From contig NW_021832144.1 in NCBI RefSeq assembly GCF_006345805.1, positions 1-61,337 of the forward strand: a DNA stretch of 61,337 bases. Direction: 5' to 3'. Positions 59,549 through 61,337 of the stretch are shown piece after piece; position 1 is the stretch's first letter, and each line of letters starts with the position of its first letter. Made by a program: the position numbers and the translations under genes. The notes under the pieces are model-generated. The model had not been told where the DNA came from. It was given only the letters and a program-made list of their open reading frames with translations, and ran no database searches. The stretch comes from Octopus sinensis. Its lineage: Eukaryota.

Positions 59549-61130
59549 GGCTATACAATGCAAAAAATTATTTTTTATTTTTTTACATTTAATTAAAATT
59601 TTTAATTGTATTTTTAAATCGTGTTTGTTAATGTCACGTGGTTCTTCTGGAATAAAAAAGAAACGCTCCTTGAAAGATGAACGGAGAGTGTTTCAAGATA
59701 AATCGGAACTTCTCTATTTTTGCACAATGGTTGATGGAAAAATACATTGTTTGATATGTAACAAGTTTATCGCTATACCGAAAGAATACAACCTAAAGAG
59801 GCATTATCAATCTAATCATCTATCATACAATTATTTCGAAGGTATTAAGTTGCTTATTAACCAAGAAGGTCCAATGCGTGTTTCAAAGCTAAATGAATTG
59901 CAAAAAATTTATCTGCGTTACAAACTCATTTCACAAAAATCATAATCGAAGTACTGCATTAGTCACTGCAAGCTATGAAATCAGCAGAATGCTTGCAGTA
60001 AATGGAAAATCATATTGTGATGGTGATTTGCCGAACACATTAATGAAATGGCATTGAATTTGAAACACCAATTAAAGTCTGATTTGTTAAAATTCGAATA
60101 TTTTTCAATTGCAATCGATGAAACAGTCGACGTCGTTGGAATTGCACAATTAGCAATCTTTTTTAGAGCCTGTGATTCAGATTTTAATATTTATGAAGAA
60201 TTTCTCGAACTGGTACCAATGCACGATACTACTACAAGTAAAGATATCTTTATAAAACTACTACAAATTTTCTTTGAATATGGGTTTGATTTGAAGAAGC
60301 TTGTATGTTTATGCACTGATGGTGCTCCGAATATGGTTGGACAACATGCTGGGGTTGCCGCTAAATTGCGAGCTGTGCAAAATTTTATTTGTTGATATTG
60401 GAAATAATTTTATTTATGGAGATGAAAGGGCAAAACACAGACGAAATGAAAAGTCAATCTTGGATCAAAGATTTGGCAGTGGATATTACCACACATATGA
60501 ACGACCTTAATTTATAATTGCAGGGCAAAGACAAGCTCATAACTCAGTTGTCAGATCATATCAAGTGTTTTATTTCGAAAATCAAATTATGGAAGTTTCA
60601 GCTATTAAATGAAGATTTATCTCATTTTCCTACGTGCAAAGAGCTCAGGAGTACTGTTGATGCACATAATGTAATGAATTTTTCTCAGTATGAAAGACAA
60701 CTAGAATCGTTGTTAAAGGAATTTCAAGAAAGATTTAACGATTTTTCGTTTTTTGAACAACAATTTTCATTATTCGCATCACCATTTTCTTTTAATGTTT
60801 CCAATGCAGATGAAAGTTTACAAATGGAACTATTGGAAATCCAATCAGATTCTATACTTAAAGCTAAATATTTGGAGGTTGGAATACCTGCTTTCTTTTC
60901 ATATCTTCCTGGAAAGTTTAAAACTTTAAAAAGTTTGCAACAAAAATCATTGCTATGTTTGGTTTGTAATATGTGTGTGAACAGCTTTTTCATCTATGAA
61001 AATGACAAAAACTTCTTAAAGAACAGGACTAACTGATAATGAGAAATTATTATAAATGCGGCCCTCGAAGCGAAATTGTTACAAAATGCGGCCCTCAAAG
61101 CGAAACGAGTTTGACACCCCTGCTTTAGAT

Positions 61131-61337
61131 TATTATTATTATTATTTAAAGACCAATACGGGCAAGCCAGTTAATCCCGTGATCGCCGATCCAAACGAGG
61201 GAGATCCTTCTGAAAGGTTCAATCCTTCCCGCAAGATCGGCCTGAGACGACGATGTCCCAGGGTCTGAGAAGCTAAGAGTCCTTTTTCGGAAGGCATTAA
61301 GTGCCTCCTGAGCGTTGCCATATCCGAAGGAATTTCC
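61131..61337 (-). mobile_element. LINE 3' end with (TAA)n tail, continues beyond the window
   Basis: (TTA)n run directly after the hAT TSD; minus ORF ends ...RIEPFRRISLVWIGDHGINWLARIGL-stop next to the tail; homologous to 8545-8784. Confidence 0.75.

Larger units (their letters stand above)
57110..61122 (+). mobile_element. hAT transposon (GTF2IRD2/SPIN-like), defective; hosts a nested hAT
   Basis: TIRs CAGGGGTGTCAAA / TTTGACACCCCTG; 8-bp TSD CTTTAGAT (57102-57109, 61123-61130); subterminal GCGGCCCTC repeats; ORFs CLICNKFIAIPKEYNLKRHY, FSIAIDET, LCTDGAPNM, LQGKDKLI. Confidence 0.9.

Noticed and set aside
1-61337. Prokaryotic or phage system, operon or CRISPR array
   Set aside because: Genes are eukaryotic with spliceosomal introns; no repeat-spacer array with unique spacers was seen.

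Overview
AT-rich eukaryotic, very probably metazoan, genomic DNA with extremely short GT-AG introns (22-35 nt). That intron size, together with a ciliary IFT-A gene, would fit a dicyemid-like compact parasite genome; this is inference only. Host genes: WDR26 (3' part), a NIM1K-like kinase (two full copies plus an inverted stub), a mitochondrial RF1-type release factor, WDR35/IFT121, RPS8, an SK/KCNN channel, tRNA-Phe(GAA) x2, tRNA-Leu(CAA), a 92-aa orphan and a predicted secreted ~300-aa protein with 13 acidic 11-aa repeats. About half the window is mobile DNA: REL-type non-LTR retrotransposons (one near-full R4/NeSL-like copy and several CRE-like 3' fragments), RTE-, I- and L2-like relics, three hAT/Buster elements plus minis, and Tigger/pogo, Merlin and Ginger-like elements. 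The main structure is a rearranged tandem duplication (2272-16148 versus 18842-28447). A hAT with non-matching flanks sits at its junction, an inversion is bounded by Ginger-type ends that share a split 5-bp target duplication, and one junction is made of templated filler. Other highlights are CRE-like fragments with their 3' ends pointing at tRNA genes and transposases carrying host-style micro-introns. The many single-base indels between duplicate copies suggest consensus errors, so frameshift calls are tentative. All alignments were made by eye.
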